Assembly: GCA_046482545.1 (NCBI GenBank) | Contig: JAWOEX010000010.1 | Coordinates: 79,849-143,848 of the forward strand | From: Candidatus Thorarchaeota archaeon | Lineage (GTDB): Archaea > Asgardarchaeota > Thorarchaeia > Thorarchaeales > Thorarchaeaceae | Length of the DNA: 64,000 bases | Direction: 5' to 3' | Part shown: piece by piece, positions 1 through 8,826 of the stretch | Layout: the number at the start of each line of letters is the position of its first letter | Numbering within the stretch: the stretch's first letter is position 1 | Notes under the pieces: generated by a model | What the model saw: the letters and a program-made list of their open reading frames with translations, nothing else | Database searches by the model: none | Told to the model about the DNA's origin: nothing | Position numbers and translations under genes: made by a program

Positions 1-182
1 GGCTCCTTTCCCTTCTTGATATCGGAATGCATATCCTTTATCTTTCGAATCTCAGGGGGTTCTGTGGGCTCAAGAAATCTACGGCGAGCGAAATATAGGA
101 CAGCAACGAGAAGAATCAAAATGACAAGAACAATCAATATTGGTTGTCCTAATAAACTTCCAAGCGAATCGGGGAATTGCAT
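1..182 (-). CDS. Partial CDS running off the window start. N-terminal segment with one TM helix (MQFPDSLGSLLGQPILIVLVILILLVAVLYFARRRF...).
   Basis: Minus-strand ATG at 182-180 opens a frame that stays open to position 1. It has a hydrophobic helix followed by RRR. No homology is recognised. Confidence 0.25.
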   Translation of the reverse strand, partial: MQFPDSLGSLLGQPILIVLVILILLVAVLYFARRRFLEPTEPPEIRKIKDMHSDIKKGKE

Positions 183-305
183 TCCTGTGGGACCTCGCAG
201 AGAGCTAGTTCTACTTGCAACAGCACTAAAGGTCAACTTTAAGGTTTCTACCAGCAGTCATCAAAACTACATTCGGGAGTTCCATGTCATCTAGAGTATT
301 CTCAT

Positions 306-878
306 TCAGGCCCATCTAGCCTTGTCTTCATCTTCCTCTTGCTTTTCCCTTACTTCCTGTTCCAGCTGTGAACGGCTTTGCTCAGGATCGAGATTGTCCC
401 ATTGTGGGGGCTTCTTTTCAACTTCTTCTTTCTCATACTCTTGAGAGGGTACTGGTTTCTCCTCTCCCTCGTCGGGTCCATGGGCGTCATAGGAATCGTC
501 GTCGGTTTCTTCTTCCTCCTCGTAAGGATATTCTTCATATTCCTCTTCCTCGTAGGAACGCTCCTCAAATTCTTCTTCTTTTTCTGCTTCTGGTTCCTCC
601 GCCTCATAGAACTCGCGTTCCTTCTCGCATTCTTCTTCGGTATCTATCTCTTCATAGGAATACTCTTCAGATTCCTTCTCTTCTTCACTATCTTCGTCCT
701 CTCCCTCGAACTCAATTTCCTCTGCAATCGGGATTTTTCCGGATTCGATTTTTTCAAGAAGTAGATTGAACATCCGTTCGATTACGGTAGCTTTCCCCTT
801 CGCTTCGAATTCCAGCGAGCCCAGCTCGAATTCGAACTCTATTTGTTCATCCTTTTTCTTCGCCTCTTTACGCACCAT
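306..878 (-). CDS. Hypothetical protein with an extremely acidic, Glu/Tyr-rich low-complexity tail
   Basis: 190-aa ORF. An ordered N-terminal ~55 aa is followed by E/D-rich repeats (SYEE, EYEEYPYEEEEE). The + strand ORFs overlapping it are antisense artefacts. Confidence 0.5.
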   Translation of the reverse strand: MVRKEAKKKDEQIEFEFELGSLEFEAKGKATVIERMFNLLLEKIESGKIPIAEEIEFEGEDEDSEEEKESEEYSYEEIDTEEECEKEREFYEAEEPEAEKEEEFEERSYEEEEYEEYPYEEEEETDDDSYDAHGPDEGEEKPVPSQEYEKEEVEKKPPQWDNLDPEQSRSQLEQEVREKQEEDEDKARWA

Positions 879-1002
879 TTGTTTTCACGTTTCTCCTTTG
901 ACTCTTTTGTATTAATAAAGGATATTCACAGATGTTCGGTAACCTTTGCCAAAGCTTTTAGAGAAATACGACCACACAATCCTCGGCCGAGGTGGCCTAT
1001 AG

Positions 1003-1497
1003 TTGCCTCAACAACTTACTGTGGACTATCAGAAATGTACGGGATGCCGGCTTTGCGAATTAGCTTGCTCAGCTCACCATGAAGGGAAATTTCAACCAAG
1101 CTTGGCGCGACTGAAGATTGTGCGGTACGATGATTTGGGAATTGATATTCCGAATGTTTGCGGTCCCTGCGAAGAGGCACCTTGCGTTGATGTTTGCCCG
1201 ACATACGCAATGCGGCGAGACCCAGTTACCAAGATGACCTATGTGGAACATGAAAAATGCATTCTCTGCAAATCGTGTATTGGAGCATGTGTCAACGGCG
1301 TTATTCGCCTAGATACTGAAAGGATGCGGATTATCAAATGTGATCATTGTGGAGGGGATCCTAGGTGTGTTAAGATTTGCCCGACAGGAGCAATTCAATA
1401 TGGGCCGCCTGCAAGAACCACAGTTGTTGACCGGCATGATAAGGCAGAAGCATATCTCTCAGAGATGGCTCGTACTGCAAGTGAAGGTGAGGCATAG
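1003..1497 (+). CDS. 4Fe-4S polyferredoxin (four CxxCxxCxxxCP-type clusters), the electron-transfer partner of AOR
   Basis: Cys motifs CTGCRLCELAC, CGPCEEAPCVDVCP, CILCKSCIGAC and CDHCGGDPRCVKICP. TTG start. Its stop overlaps the AOR start (TAGATG), so the two are translationally coupled. Confidence 0.85.
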   Translation: MPQQLTVDYQKCTGCRLCELACSAHHEGKFQPSLARLKIVRYDDLGIDIPNVCGPCEEAPCVDVCPTYAMRRDPVTKMTYVEHEKCILCKSCIGACVNGVIRLDTERMRIIKCDHCGGDPRCVKICPTGAIQYGPPARTTVVDRHDKAEAYLSEMARTASEGEA

Positions 1498-3393
1498 ATG
1501 ACCGTTGGAGGATACAAGGAATCAATTCTACGAGTCGACCTTACTAACGAGCAATTCAAGCACGAACAGATTCCTAAGGAATGGATTGTGGACTACATCG
1601 GTGGTGATGGATTTGCAGCCAAGATTCTTTTTGAAGAAGTGCCACCAGAATGTCGGCCCTTGGATGAGGGTAACAAACTGATTCTTGCAACTGGCCCGGT
1701 CACAGGAACCCTTTGGCCAACGAGTGGGAGGTCTGCTTTCTTTTCAAAAGCAGCACTAACGGGAATCTGGGGAGAAAGTCATGTGGGGGGATTCTTAGGA
1801 CCTGAGCTGAAGTATGCAGGTTATGACCTTCTTGTGGTGGAAGGGCGTTCTGAGAAACCCGTTTACATTAGTATCGTTGATTCAGATTTGCGTCTGAAAG
1901 ATGCTACTGATTTGTGGGGAAAAACAACAGATACGACTACGTCAGAGATTCGTCGCTTGCAACAGGATCCCGATACGCAGGTTGCAGCAATTGGTCCGGC
2001 AGGTGAACACGGTGTTCGTTTTTCGTCCATTATCGTCAATCACGCTCGAGCAGCTGGTCGAACTGGAATGGGCGCAGTTCTTGGCTCTAAAAATGTCAAA
2101 GGCATCGCTATTCGAGGGCGAGGGCCAGTCGAAGTGCATGACCACGAAGCCTTCGTAGAATTAGCGAAAGACGCACATAGGAGGACTCGGGAAAATCCTC
2201 AGGCTCAGGAGATGAGCAAGTGGGGTACATGGTCACTAACGGCAACAAAACAAGAAATAGGTGAACTCCCAACATATAATCATAGAACAGGTGTCTTCTC
2301 AGGTTGGGAGAGGCTGAGTGCCAGTTATATCCGTCCGCGATACACGGTGTCGGATCGAGCTTGTTTTGGCTGCAGTATTGGGTGCAAAAAGGTCAACTAC
2401 ATCAAAGAAGGTGAGTATGCAGGTACGCTTGAAGAGGGACCAGAGTATGAGGGTCTGATGGCGTTTGGCAGTTCATTGGGAATTGATGATTACCCAGTTT
2501 GTCTGAAGGCAAACGAAATCTGCAATAAGTATGGAATGGATATTATTTCAGCAGGAACAACAATAGCATTTGCCATGGAGTTATTTGAACAAGGAATTCT
2601 CACTGTGGAAGATACTGGCGGATTGGAGCTTGAGTGGGGAAACAACGAGGCAGCTCTAGATCTCCTTAGAATGATTGGTGAACGGGAAGGGCTTGGTGAA
2701 GTACTATCAAAAGGAAGCAGGAAGGCTGCAAAGGCTATTGGCCCTGAAGCAGAAAAGTATGCAATGCACGTAAAGGGACTGGAAGTATCGGGTCAGGATG
2801 GGCGCACTCATAGAAGCATTGGTCTGGCGCATGCGACCGCCGCGAGGGGTGCAGACCATCTGAGAAGTCTGGTGACTGTAGATCAACTTGGATATGAAGA
2901 TGTAGCTGCCAAGCGCTGGGGTAAAGACAAACTGCCTGAGATTATTGACCCATACACTGAGAAATACAAGGCAGCGGCTGTAGTTGAAACTGAAAACGCC
3001 TATTGCATTCGTGATACGTTAATTGTTTGCTGGTATTCTGTTTCATGGCCGCCTATATTTTGGATGGAGGACTTTGCTGAATTGCTACCCTTGGCTACAG
3101 GAATTGAAGAATTCGGTAGTGTTGACAAGCTGAATCTGATTGCAGAACGACAAGTAACGCTCAAACGGCTTTTCAATGCACGAGAAGGCATCACCCGACA
3201 AGATGATATGTTGCCAAGTAGGTTTACTGATGATCCTATGCCCGAAGGACCTGGAAAGGGACAGACCGTGGACTTGAACCCGATGCTCGATGCCTATTAT
3301 CGCAGGCGTGGCTGGAATAAAGAGACCGGTTTGCCCACTAATAGAACAATCAAGCATCTCTCGCTGGGATGGACAAGAGATTTAATGAATTAA
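1498..3393 (+). CDS. aor: Tungsten-containing aldehyde:ferredoxin oxidoreductase (AOR family)
   Basis: 631 aa. AOR N-terminal domain (DYIGGDGFAAKILFEEV) and the cluster/pterin region (DRACFGCSIGCKK) are present. Length and organisation are typical of AOR/FOR/WOR paralogs. Confidence 0.93.
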   Translation: MTVGGYKESILRVDLTNEQFKHEQIPKEWIVDYIGGDGFAAKILFEEVPPECRPLDEGNKLILATGPVTGTLWPTSGRSAFFSKAALTGIWGESHVGGFLGPELKYAGYDLLVVEGRSEKPVYISIVDSDLRLKDATDLWGKTTDTTTSEIRRLQQDPDTQVAAIGPAGEHGVRFSSIIVNHARAAGRTGMGAVLGSKNVKGIAIRGRGPVEVHDHEAFVELAKDAHRRTRENPQAQEMSKWGTWSLTATKQEIGELPTYNHRTGVFSGWERLSASYIRPRYTVSDRACFGCSIGCKKVNYIKEGEYAGTLEEGPEYEGLMAFGSSLGIDDYPVCLKANEICNKYGMDIISAGTTIAFAMELFEQGILTVEDTGGLELEWGNNEAALDLLRMIGEREGLGEVLSKGSRKAAKAIGPEAEKYAMHVKGLEVSGQDGRTHRSIGLAHATAARGADHLRSLVTVDQLGYEDVAAKRWGKDKLPEIIDPYTEKYKAAAVVETENAYCIRDTLIVCWYSVSWPPIFWMEDFAELLPLATGIEEFGSVDKLNLIAERQVTLKRLFNAREGITRQDDMLPSRFTDDPMPEGPGKGQTVDLNPMLDAYYRRRGWNKETGLPTNRTIKHLSLGWTRDLMN

Positions 3394-3419
3394 ATCTCAG
3401 CAACCACTCGCTCAGCCTT

Positions 3420-4388
3420 CTACATTCTAACATAGTCTACACGATGAGTGGCACCGCAGTTCGGGCATTGGTATTGGTCCGGTCCGACCCAGTCTATCTC
3501 CTGCCAGGATAATGGAGCTCCACAGTGACTGCATTTATCACTGATTACTGGCTTCACGAAAACCGTACCACTTGATTGACTCCCAGAAGTAACCTGCATT
3601 TCTTCTTCTGTCTCAGTTGCTCTAGCCATGGGTGAAGTCTGCTCGTAGTCTTGAATATCATATTGCGAGAGTGGATGACGTGCCTTAATGTAGTCGTAAG
3701 GACGAACCAACCAGTCAAGATGGTCGTCAGGCACTGTGTCCCATGCCCGTGCTTGCCAGACTCTCAAAAGGTGGTCCTGTCGCGGGACTTTACCCCGAAT
3801 CTTGAAGTCGCCTGTCTTGCACTCAATTTTCAATTCGCCTCTTTTGGATTCAAAGGTGTGAACCCAGTGCATCGGAAAGATGAATAACTTATTCTTACGA
3901 GAATCTCGCTGATATAGGCGGTAATTAGTTAAGATAAACGAATCTGGATAGTACGTGAAGATTTCTTCTCCCTTAATCCATGCATAAACTCGATAGAAGT
4001 GCTGAGAAAACTTCCTGTGGTAGCCTATAGTCGTCCAATGATTGTATGGATGTCGTTCATGCACAAAAGGTACTGATGACACCTCGCATAGTTTCCGTTG
4101 GTCACCCACATTCAAATCATCGAATTCCCTCATGCTCAGCGCAGAGCGTATCTCCTCTCTTCTGGGCATATTTCCCAATACATTGACAATACCATTAATG
4201 ACCTTGAACATAGCCTTGCGTGATGTCAGCTTGTACTCCTTGATTATGTGAAGCGGAAGGCTGACACTGGTTCGAGAACCATGGTCATATTGGATTAGGC
4301 GATAATTGGTTAGGATGTATTCATCGGCTTGTGCGAGTTTTCGCTCGCTTTCAATTGGGATATATACAAGGGAAGAGCTCGGAGTCAA
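3420..4388 (-). CDS. Hypothetical protein with two bPH-like (PH/GRAM-like) repeats and a C-terminal zinc ribbon
   Basis: Repeated YILTNYRLIQYD / FILTNYRLYQRD cores. C-terminus CSHCGAPL...CPNCGATH. Confidence 0.6.
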   Translation of the reverse strand: MTPSSSLVYIPIESERKLAQADEYILTNYRLIQYDHGSRTSVSLPLHIIKEYKLTSRKAMFKVINGIVNVLGNMPRREEIRSALSMREFDDLNVGDQRKLCEVSSVPFVHERHPYNHWTTIGYHRKFSQHFYRVYAWIKGEEIFTYYPDSFILTNYRLYQRDSRKNKLFIFPMHWVHTFESKRGELKIECKTGDFKIRGKVPRQDHLLRVWQARAWDTVPDDHLDWLVRPYDYIKARHPLSQYDIQDYEQTSPMARATETEEEMQVTSGSQSSGTVFVKPVISDKCSHCGAPLSWQEIDWVGPDQYQCPNCGATHRVDYVRM

Positions 4389-4471
4389 TTCGGTACACCA
4401 TCCGGTGATTAGTGTAGTACATACTTTTCTTTTTCATTAAAAGGTTGACCATGTCTATTGGTCTGCAATGA

Positions 4472-4720
4472 CTACTTCCGGGAAATCGAGAGATACAAGA
4501 TATCAGAATAGCCAAGAATGCCAAAGCCGGAGGGATTTTCCAGCTTCACATGGTCATCGTTGATTTCGTTTACCTGCACATTAGGAATCTTAGCAAGCGT
4601 GTCCTTCTGTTGGTATCGCAAATAGACCGTGAAGGTCGTTTCGGTATTCTTCAAATCTTCAAATATACGCTTCCAGTTTATTTCAGCCAAGCTTTTTTCC
4701 TCCGCTGTCCTGTAAGTCAC
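4472..4720 (-). CDS. Small hypothetical protein (82 aa)
   Basis: ORF only. Hydrophilic, no recognisable motif. Lies in a gap between same-strand genes. Confidence 0.35.
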   Translation of the reverse strand: MTYRTAEEKSLAEINWKRIFEDLKNTETTFTVYLRYQQKDTLAKIPNVQVNEINDDHVKLENPSGFGILGYSDILYLSISRK

Positions 4721-4769
4721 TTATCCTAATGGGGAATTTAACCCTTGCTGAATGATGAATTAGCGATTC

Positions 4770-5243
4770 TTATTTTGAAGGGGAAGGGAATTTCTTCCCT
4801 TTTGCGATGTGTGGCTGAAGACCCAGCTTCTTGAAAATTCTGTCCAGAATGTCCGCTGTAGATTGATTTGTTGTTTGCCGAAACAGGTGGGTACCACAGT
4901 TCCTTTTGCAATCAGAGGCACCGAACCCCGGTGGGCCTTGCTCGAAGTCATCGCTGCTCTTTATGCTCTGGGCTAGATCACATTCCATTGTTTCATCTGT
5001 CCTAGCCCATACTGCGCTTTCAATTTCTACATCCATGTCTAACAGGTAATCGATGTGCCAATGAATTGTCTTTGTATCAGAGAAGTGACGGCCCAGTCTG
5101 TTTTCTAAACTTGTGGAGCCTATCCCCAATGCAGACCCAACATAGACATAGGCCCCCTTCTCTAGAGTTAGTTTTCCTAGTCCTCCTGTTGTGAGAGTCA
5201 GTTGCTTACTGATTTGGATTATAAGTGCGTATACGCCTTTCAT
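4770..5243 (-). CDS. GIY-YIG-like (Uri superfamily, DUF123-type) endonuclease-family protein
   Basis: GVYALIIQ...G.LG...GAYVYVGSA...L..RL.RHF...HWHIDYL matches the DUF123/Uri nuclease signature. Confidence 0.6.
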   Translation of the reverse strand: MKGVYALIIQISKQLTLTTGGLGKLTLEKGAYVYVGSALGIGSTSLENRLGRHFSDTKTIHWHIDYLLDMDVEIESAVWARTDETMECDLAQSIKSSDDFEQGPPGFGASDCKRNCGTHLFRQTTNQSTADILDRIFKKLGLQPHIAKGKKFPSPSK

Positions 5244-5280
5244 GATTTGAAAACCTGCCGGGTTAACATCACTGTTGAAT

Positions 5281-6324
5281 CTATCTTCTATTCTTCATAG
5301 ATGGCTTTGCAACCTTCTTGATGAATCGCCAGGCTTGCCTACTGTTTAGCACCCCTGCTTCCAGCTCTCTTAGGATTCTATAGACTGATGGACCAACCAT
5401 ACCCCAACCCATGTTATGGAGCTTCCTGAGGAAATTACAACCGAATGTCTCTCGCCTGGGTGAAAACCCGTGGTGTTTCAGTATATCCTTCATTCGGTAT
5501 TTCGTCAAGCTCAGAAGTGCCGGTAAGTGGATTTGGAGCATCCCATCTTGTTCCTGTAGGGCCTGCCTCCCTGTTGGAAGGCTTTGACCCGTCACTACAA
5601 TATTGTGCCCATCCGCTTTGGCTTCTTCAATGACCTTCGCCATGAGCGCTGTATGACATTCACCGCAGGGATGAATCCGCCCTTGTCTTGATTTTTCCAT
5701 AATACCCTCAATCATGCTTGGGACTTCTACAATGCGGCAAGTAGCATCAAGCTTTTCACAGACCTCTACTATGGCACGTATGTCTGGGGGTGCCAAGACT
5801 TGAGGATGCGGAGATATCGTATAGGCTACGCACTCCATTTCGGCATCTCGAAGAATAACTAGGGCCGCAGAGCTATCCACCCCTCCTGAATAGGCAACTG
5901 CTGCAAGTCCCTTATTGTTGTCTGGCTGGTAATCATGCAGTGACTGAGCCGGAAACGCAATCTCAAGTGCGATGAGAGCCTCAAGCCAGGGAAATAGGTT
6001 ATTATCACTAAATTTGCTTGTAGTCATAAGTTCGTGCAGCCTGTGCTTGCTGGCTTCAAGTCTTACCCGTCTAAGCGCCAGCTCGTCCGCTCCATGAAAT
6101 GCTACATCCTTTCCTATTTGTCGTGCGATTTTAGCCGCTAGCCTACCCCCAGGGCCTATACATTGGCTTTTCTCAGCTCTGTCAGGAACGATTGCATGAA
6201 GTTGGCCTTCTGGATGCTCAAGAACTTTCCGTACTTGAGGGTTTTCTCCTCGGTCTAGGTTCAAGCTCTTTCTTGTATCTTCTAGCAGTCGCGCCATTTC
6301 TACAGCATCCATCCAATAAGCCAC
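5281..6324 (-). CDS. PP-loop ATP pyrophosphatase-family protein with N-terminal KH-like domain (tRNA-thiolase/LarE-like; exact function unresolved)
   Basis: SGGVDSS PP-loop, downstream HPCGECH and NIVVTGQ motifs, and an N-terminal GxxG KH-like segment (CIGPGGRLAAKIARQIG). Confidence 0.6.
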   Translation of the reverse strand: MAYWMDAVEMARLLEDTRKSLNLDRGENPQVRKVLEHPEGQLHAIVPDRAEKSQCIGPGGRLAAKIARQIGKDVAFHGADELALRRVRLEASKHRLHELMTTSKFSDNNLFPWLEALIALEIAFPAQSLHDYQPDNNKGLAAVAYSGGVDSSAALVILRDAEMECVAYTISPHPQVLAPPDIRAIVEVCEKLDATCRIVEVPSMIEGIMEKSRQGRIHPCGECHTALMAKVIEEAKADGHNIVVTGQSLPTGRQALQEQDGMLQIHLPALLSLTKYRMKDILKHHGFSPRRETFGCNFLRKLHNMGWGMVGPSVYRILRELEAGVLNSRQAWRFIKKVAKPSMKNRR

Positions 6325-6384
6325 CTGTACCGTTCAGAAGCTCGATACCATCTTAAGTTGCCGGGTCCACTATGAAATAGGAAA

Positions 6385-7332
6385 ATGCCTTCCAAGATAC
6401 TTCCTAGCGTCTACCGCATAGAAGGAGAATATGCTGGAGAGTACGGTTATTTATCTAGCTATCTGTATATAGCTGATGATGAATGTCTGGTGATTGATCC
6501 CCGAACAGCCGGTAGTCCTGGTAAAAAGATACTCAAAGCAATCAAAACCCTTGGTTTGAAAGCTTCCCGAGATGTCATAGGTATCCTGTGTACCCATGCT
6601 CACCCGGATCATGTTGGCGGGGTGAAGATGCTGAAGGAAGAGACCGGTGCTCCCGTGATTATACATGCAGATGCCGTACCTCTGCTCAGAGAGCCCGGTC
6701 TTTTCACAAAGTCCCGCTTAAGGCTAAACCTCTCTGAGCGAATAGCGATGAAGTTCGAGAGAGGTCCCTTACGAGTTAACTATGATGGCCAAGAAGCAGA
6801 CAGAATCCTCAATGACAGAGACTTGGTGCATATAGGCAATAGTACACTTCGGACGATACTTACTGCTGGCCATTCTGCAGGCCATTGTGCATTCTATGAT
6901 TCTGATCGCAAGATTCTATTCTGCGGAGACGAAATCACCAACTTTCCAAATAGCCCTAGAAAATTCTACGTTGACCTGTCGGGAAGCATGATAGCAAAAC
7001 GATGCGCTCTCGAAAAGATAAAGAAGATGGAAATTGACTATCTCCTTCCTGCTCATGATATACCTCATCTTTTCGGAGACGTGAGGACGCAGATTGTAGA
7101 GTCACTCAGTGGAGTGATAGCTTTCCAAGACTCAGTTCTTGAGCACGTATGCATACGGGGAGAAGCAGATATTGAGCAACTCGTATTCGATATTACGAAA
7201 GCCAACTCGATACCATATCCCAAGGAGATGAAGGCGCTTCTGCCAACAACAATCCTCGTAGCGCTTAGAAGTCTTCAGAAGGCCGGATTGGTCTTTGAGG
7301 AAGAAGGCATTTGGATGTCAGAGAATTGCTGA
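6385..7332 (+). CDS. MBL-fold metallo-hydrolase
   Basis: HAHPDHVGG motif plus a downstream His/Asp ligand pattern. Confidence 0.8.
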   Translation: MPSKILPSVYRIEGEYAGEYGYLSSYLYIADDECLVIDPRTAGSPGKKILKAIKTLGLKASRDVIGILCTHAHPDHVGGVKMLKEETGAPVIIHADAVPLLREPGLFTKSRLRLNLSERIAMKFERGPLRVNYDGQEADRILNDRDLVHIGNSTLRTILTAGHSAGHCAFYDSDRKILFCGDEITNFPNSPRKFYVDLSGSMIAKRCALEKIKKMEIDYLLPAHDIPHLFGDVRTQIVESLSGVIAFQDSVLEHVCIRGEADIEQLVFDITKANSIPYPKEMKALLPTTILVALRSLQKAGLVFEEEGIWMSENC

Positions 7333-7421
7333 TAAGATTGCCACCCATTTCAGCTACGAACAGGTTTGCAATGGAAACCTATATACGGAATAGCTCGGCG
7401 CATCGTTGTGGTGGCTAATCC

Positions 7422-8822
7422 TTGACAAAGAGATTTACTCCCTCCGGGGTAATGCCCGCACTTGTTACACCATTCACTAGACATGGTGATATACATGAAG
7501 AGGGCCTCAAGGAGGTAATAGATTACACTATTGAGAAAGGGTGTACGGGGGTGGTTCCTGCAGGAACCACCGGTGAATTTGTCTACATGCGAACTGAAGA
7601 GAGAAAGAAGTTACTCAAACTGACAGTAGAACATGTGGATGGCCGTGTCCCTGTGGTAGCTGGAACTGGACAGAACAGCACCCGCGCCACAATCAGCCTT
7701 ACAAAGTACGCTGCTGATTTGGGCTGTGATGCAGCTCTGGTTGTTTCACCTTTCTTCTTGCGCCCAGATGATAAAGGGTACTACCAACATTATGCAGATG
7801 TAGCAAGAGAAGGGAATCTTCCTGTAATCCTGTATAATATCCCTCAATGTACCCTTGGGACCCTACAATCCAACGTCGTTCAGGATTTGGCGGATCTCGA
7901 CAATATCGTTGGAATCAAGGATAGTGGAGGGGATATCGGTCATACAATGGAACTAATACAGAAGGTTAGTGACAGAATCCCTGTCCTGATAGGACATGAT
8001 GAGTGCTTCCTCTCAGCAGTATCTGCTGGAGCTAGCGCTGCTATTATGGCTTCAGCAAATATTATGCCACATATCTGGCTGGAAATAATGGAGTGTGTCC
8101 AGAACGGAAACTTCGAGAAAGCACGAAAAATGCAACTGGATGCTCAGACGCTTGCCAGAATAGTCACAAGAAATGGGGGTGCTCCACCTGTGAAGGCTGC
8201 CCTCAAAATGATGGGTATTGAAGCGGGATATTCTCGAATGCCACTTGATTCTGGAGGAACACTTACACGGGAACTGAAGGAAGAAATCAGATTGGAGCTT
8301 GAAAAGCTTGGCCTGATAGAAACTCCAACTAGGTCACCACTTCAGGAAAAGCCTGACGTACGGAAATTAGCTACCGACCTTGGCTTTGAGAATCCCGATT
8401 TTGAAGGGTGTAGATTCGCTACAGCGGCGAATGATACAGTCTCGGTGACTGTTGTTACTGGAAAGAAGAAATCAGCAATTGGAGATTTCTTTGTAAGGCT
8501 ACTCACCACACCCAAACAGGGCTATGAAGGGCTTACCGTTATTCTAGAGCCAAATTTGGCGGTAAAACCGAGCTCATTAATGGTTCCTGCCAGAGGAATA
8601 CAATCCATGCGTCAAGCTTCTCTTTTCTATGGCCCCGTTCAATCCGGTGCTGCTAAGGCGATAGCAGCCACAGTGGAATCTGGTGCTATAAGCGAAGAGA
8701 GAATCGACGACACGTTGATGATTCTAATGCTAGATGTGAACTTGGACTCGCGTGACCGCAGGAAGATAGTCACAGCCACGGAAGAAGTAGTCGCTGAAGC
8801 AATGAGTTCTATTTGGAGCTGA
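7422..8822 (+). CDS. DapA/NAL-family class I aldolase fused to a C-terminal Fae-like domain that lacks the HxxxH motif
   Basis: N-terminus has ALVTPF, PAGTTGEF and the Schiff-base region IVGIKDSGGD. C-terminal ~160 aa aligns to formaldehyde-activating enzyme (LTVILEPNLAVKPSSLMVP, FYGPVQSGAAKAIAATVESGAI) but has no EVAH motif. TTG start. Confidence 0.75.
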   Translation: MTKRFTPSGVMPALVTPFTRHGDIHEEGLKEVIDYTIEKGCTGVVPAGTTGEFVYMRTEERKKLLKLTVEHVDGRVPVVAGTGQNSTRATISLTKYAADLGCDAALVVSPFFLRPDDKGYYQHYADVAREGNLPVILYNIPQCTLGTLQSNVVQDLADLDNIVGIKDSGGDIGHTMELIQKVSDRIPVLIGHDECFLSAVSAGASAAIMASANIMPHIWLEIMECVQNGNFEKARKMQLDAQTLARIVTRNGGAPPVKAALKMMGIEAGYSRMPLDSGGTLTRELKEEIRLELEKLGLIETPTRSPLQEKPDVRKLATDLGFENPDFEGCRFATAANDTVSVTVVTGKKKSAIGDFFVRLLTTPKQGYEGLTVILEPNLAVKPSSLMVPARGIQSMRQASLFYGPVQSGAAKAIAATVESGAISEERIDDTLMILMLDVNLDSRDRRKIVTATEEVVAEAMSSIWS

Positions 8823-8826
8823 GAAA

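Noticed and set aside
368-769. Two long + strand ORFs (133 and 128 aa) inside the acidic-protein gene
   Set aside because: They are antisense to a compositionally biased gene. The products are Leu/Phe/Arg-rich reverse-complement artefacts of GAA/GAG repeats.
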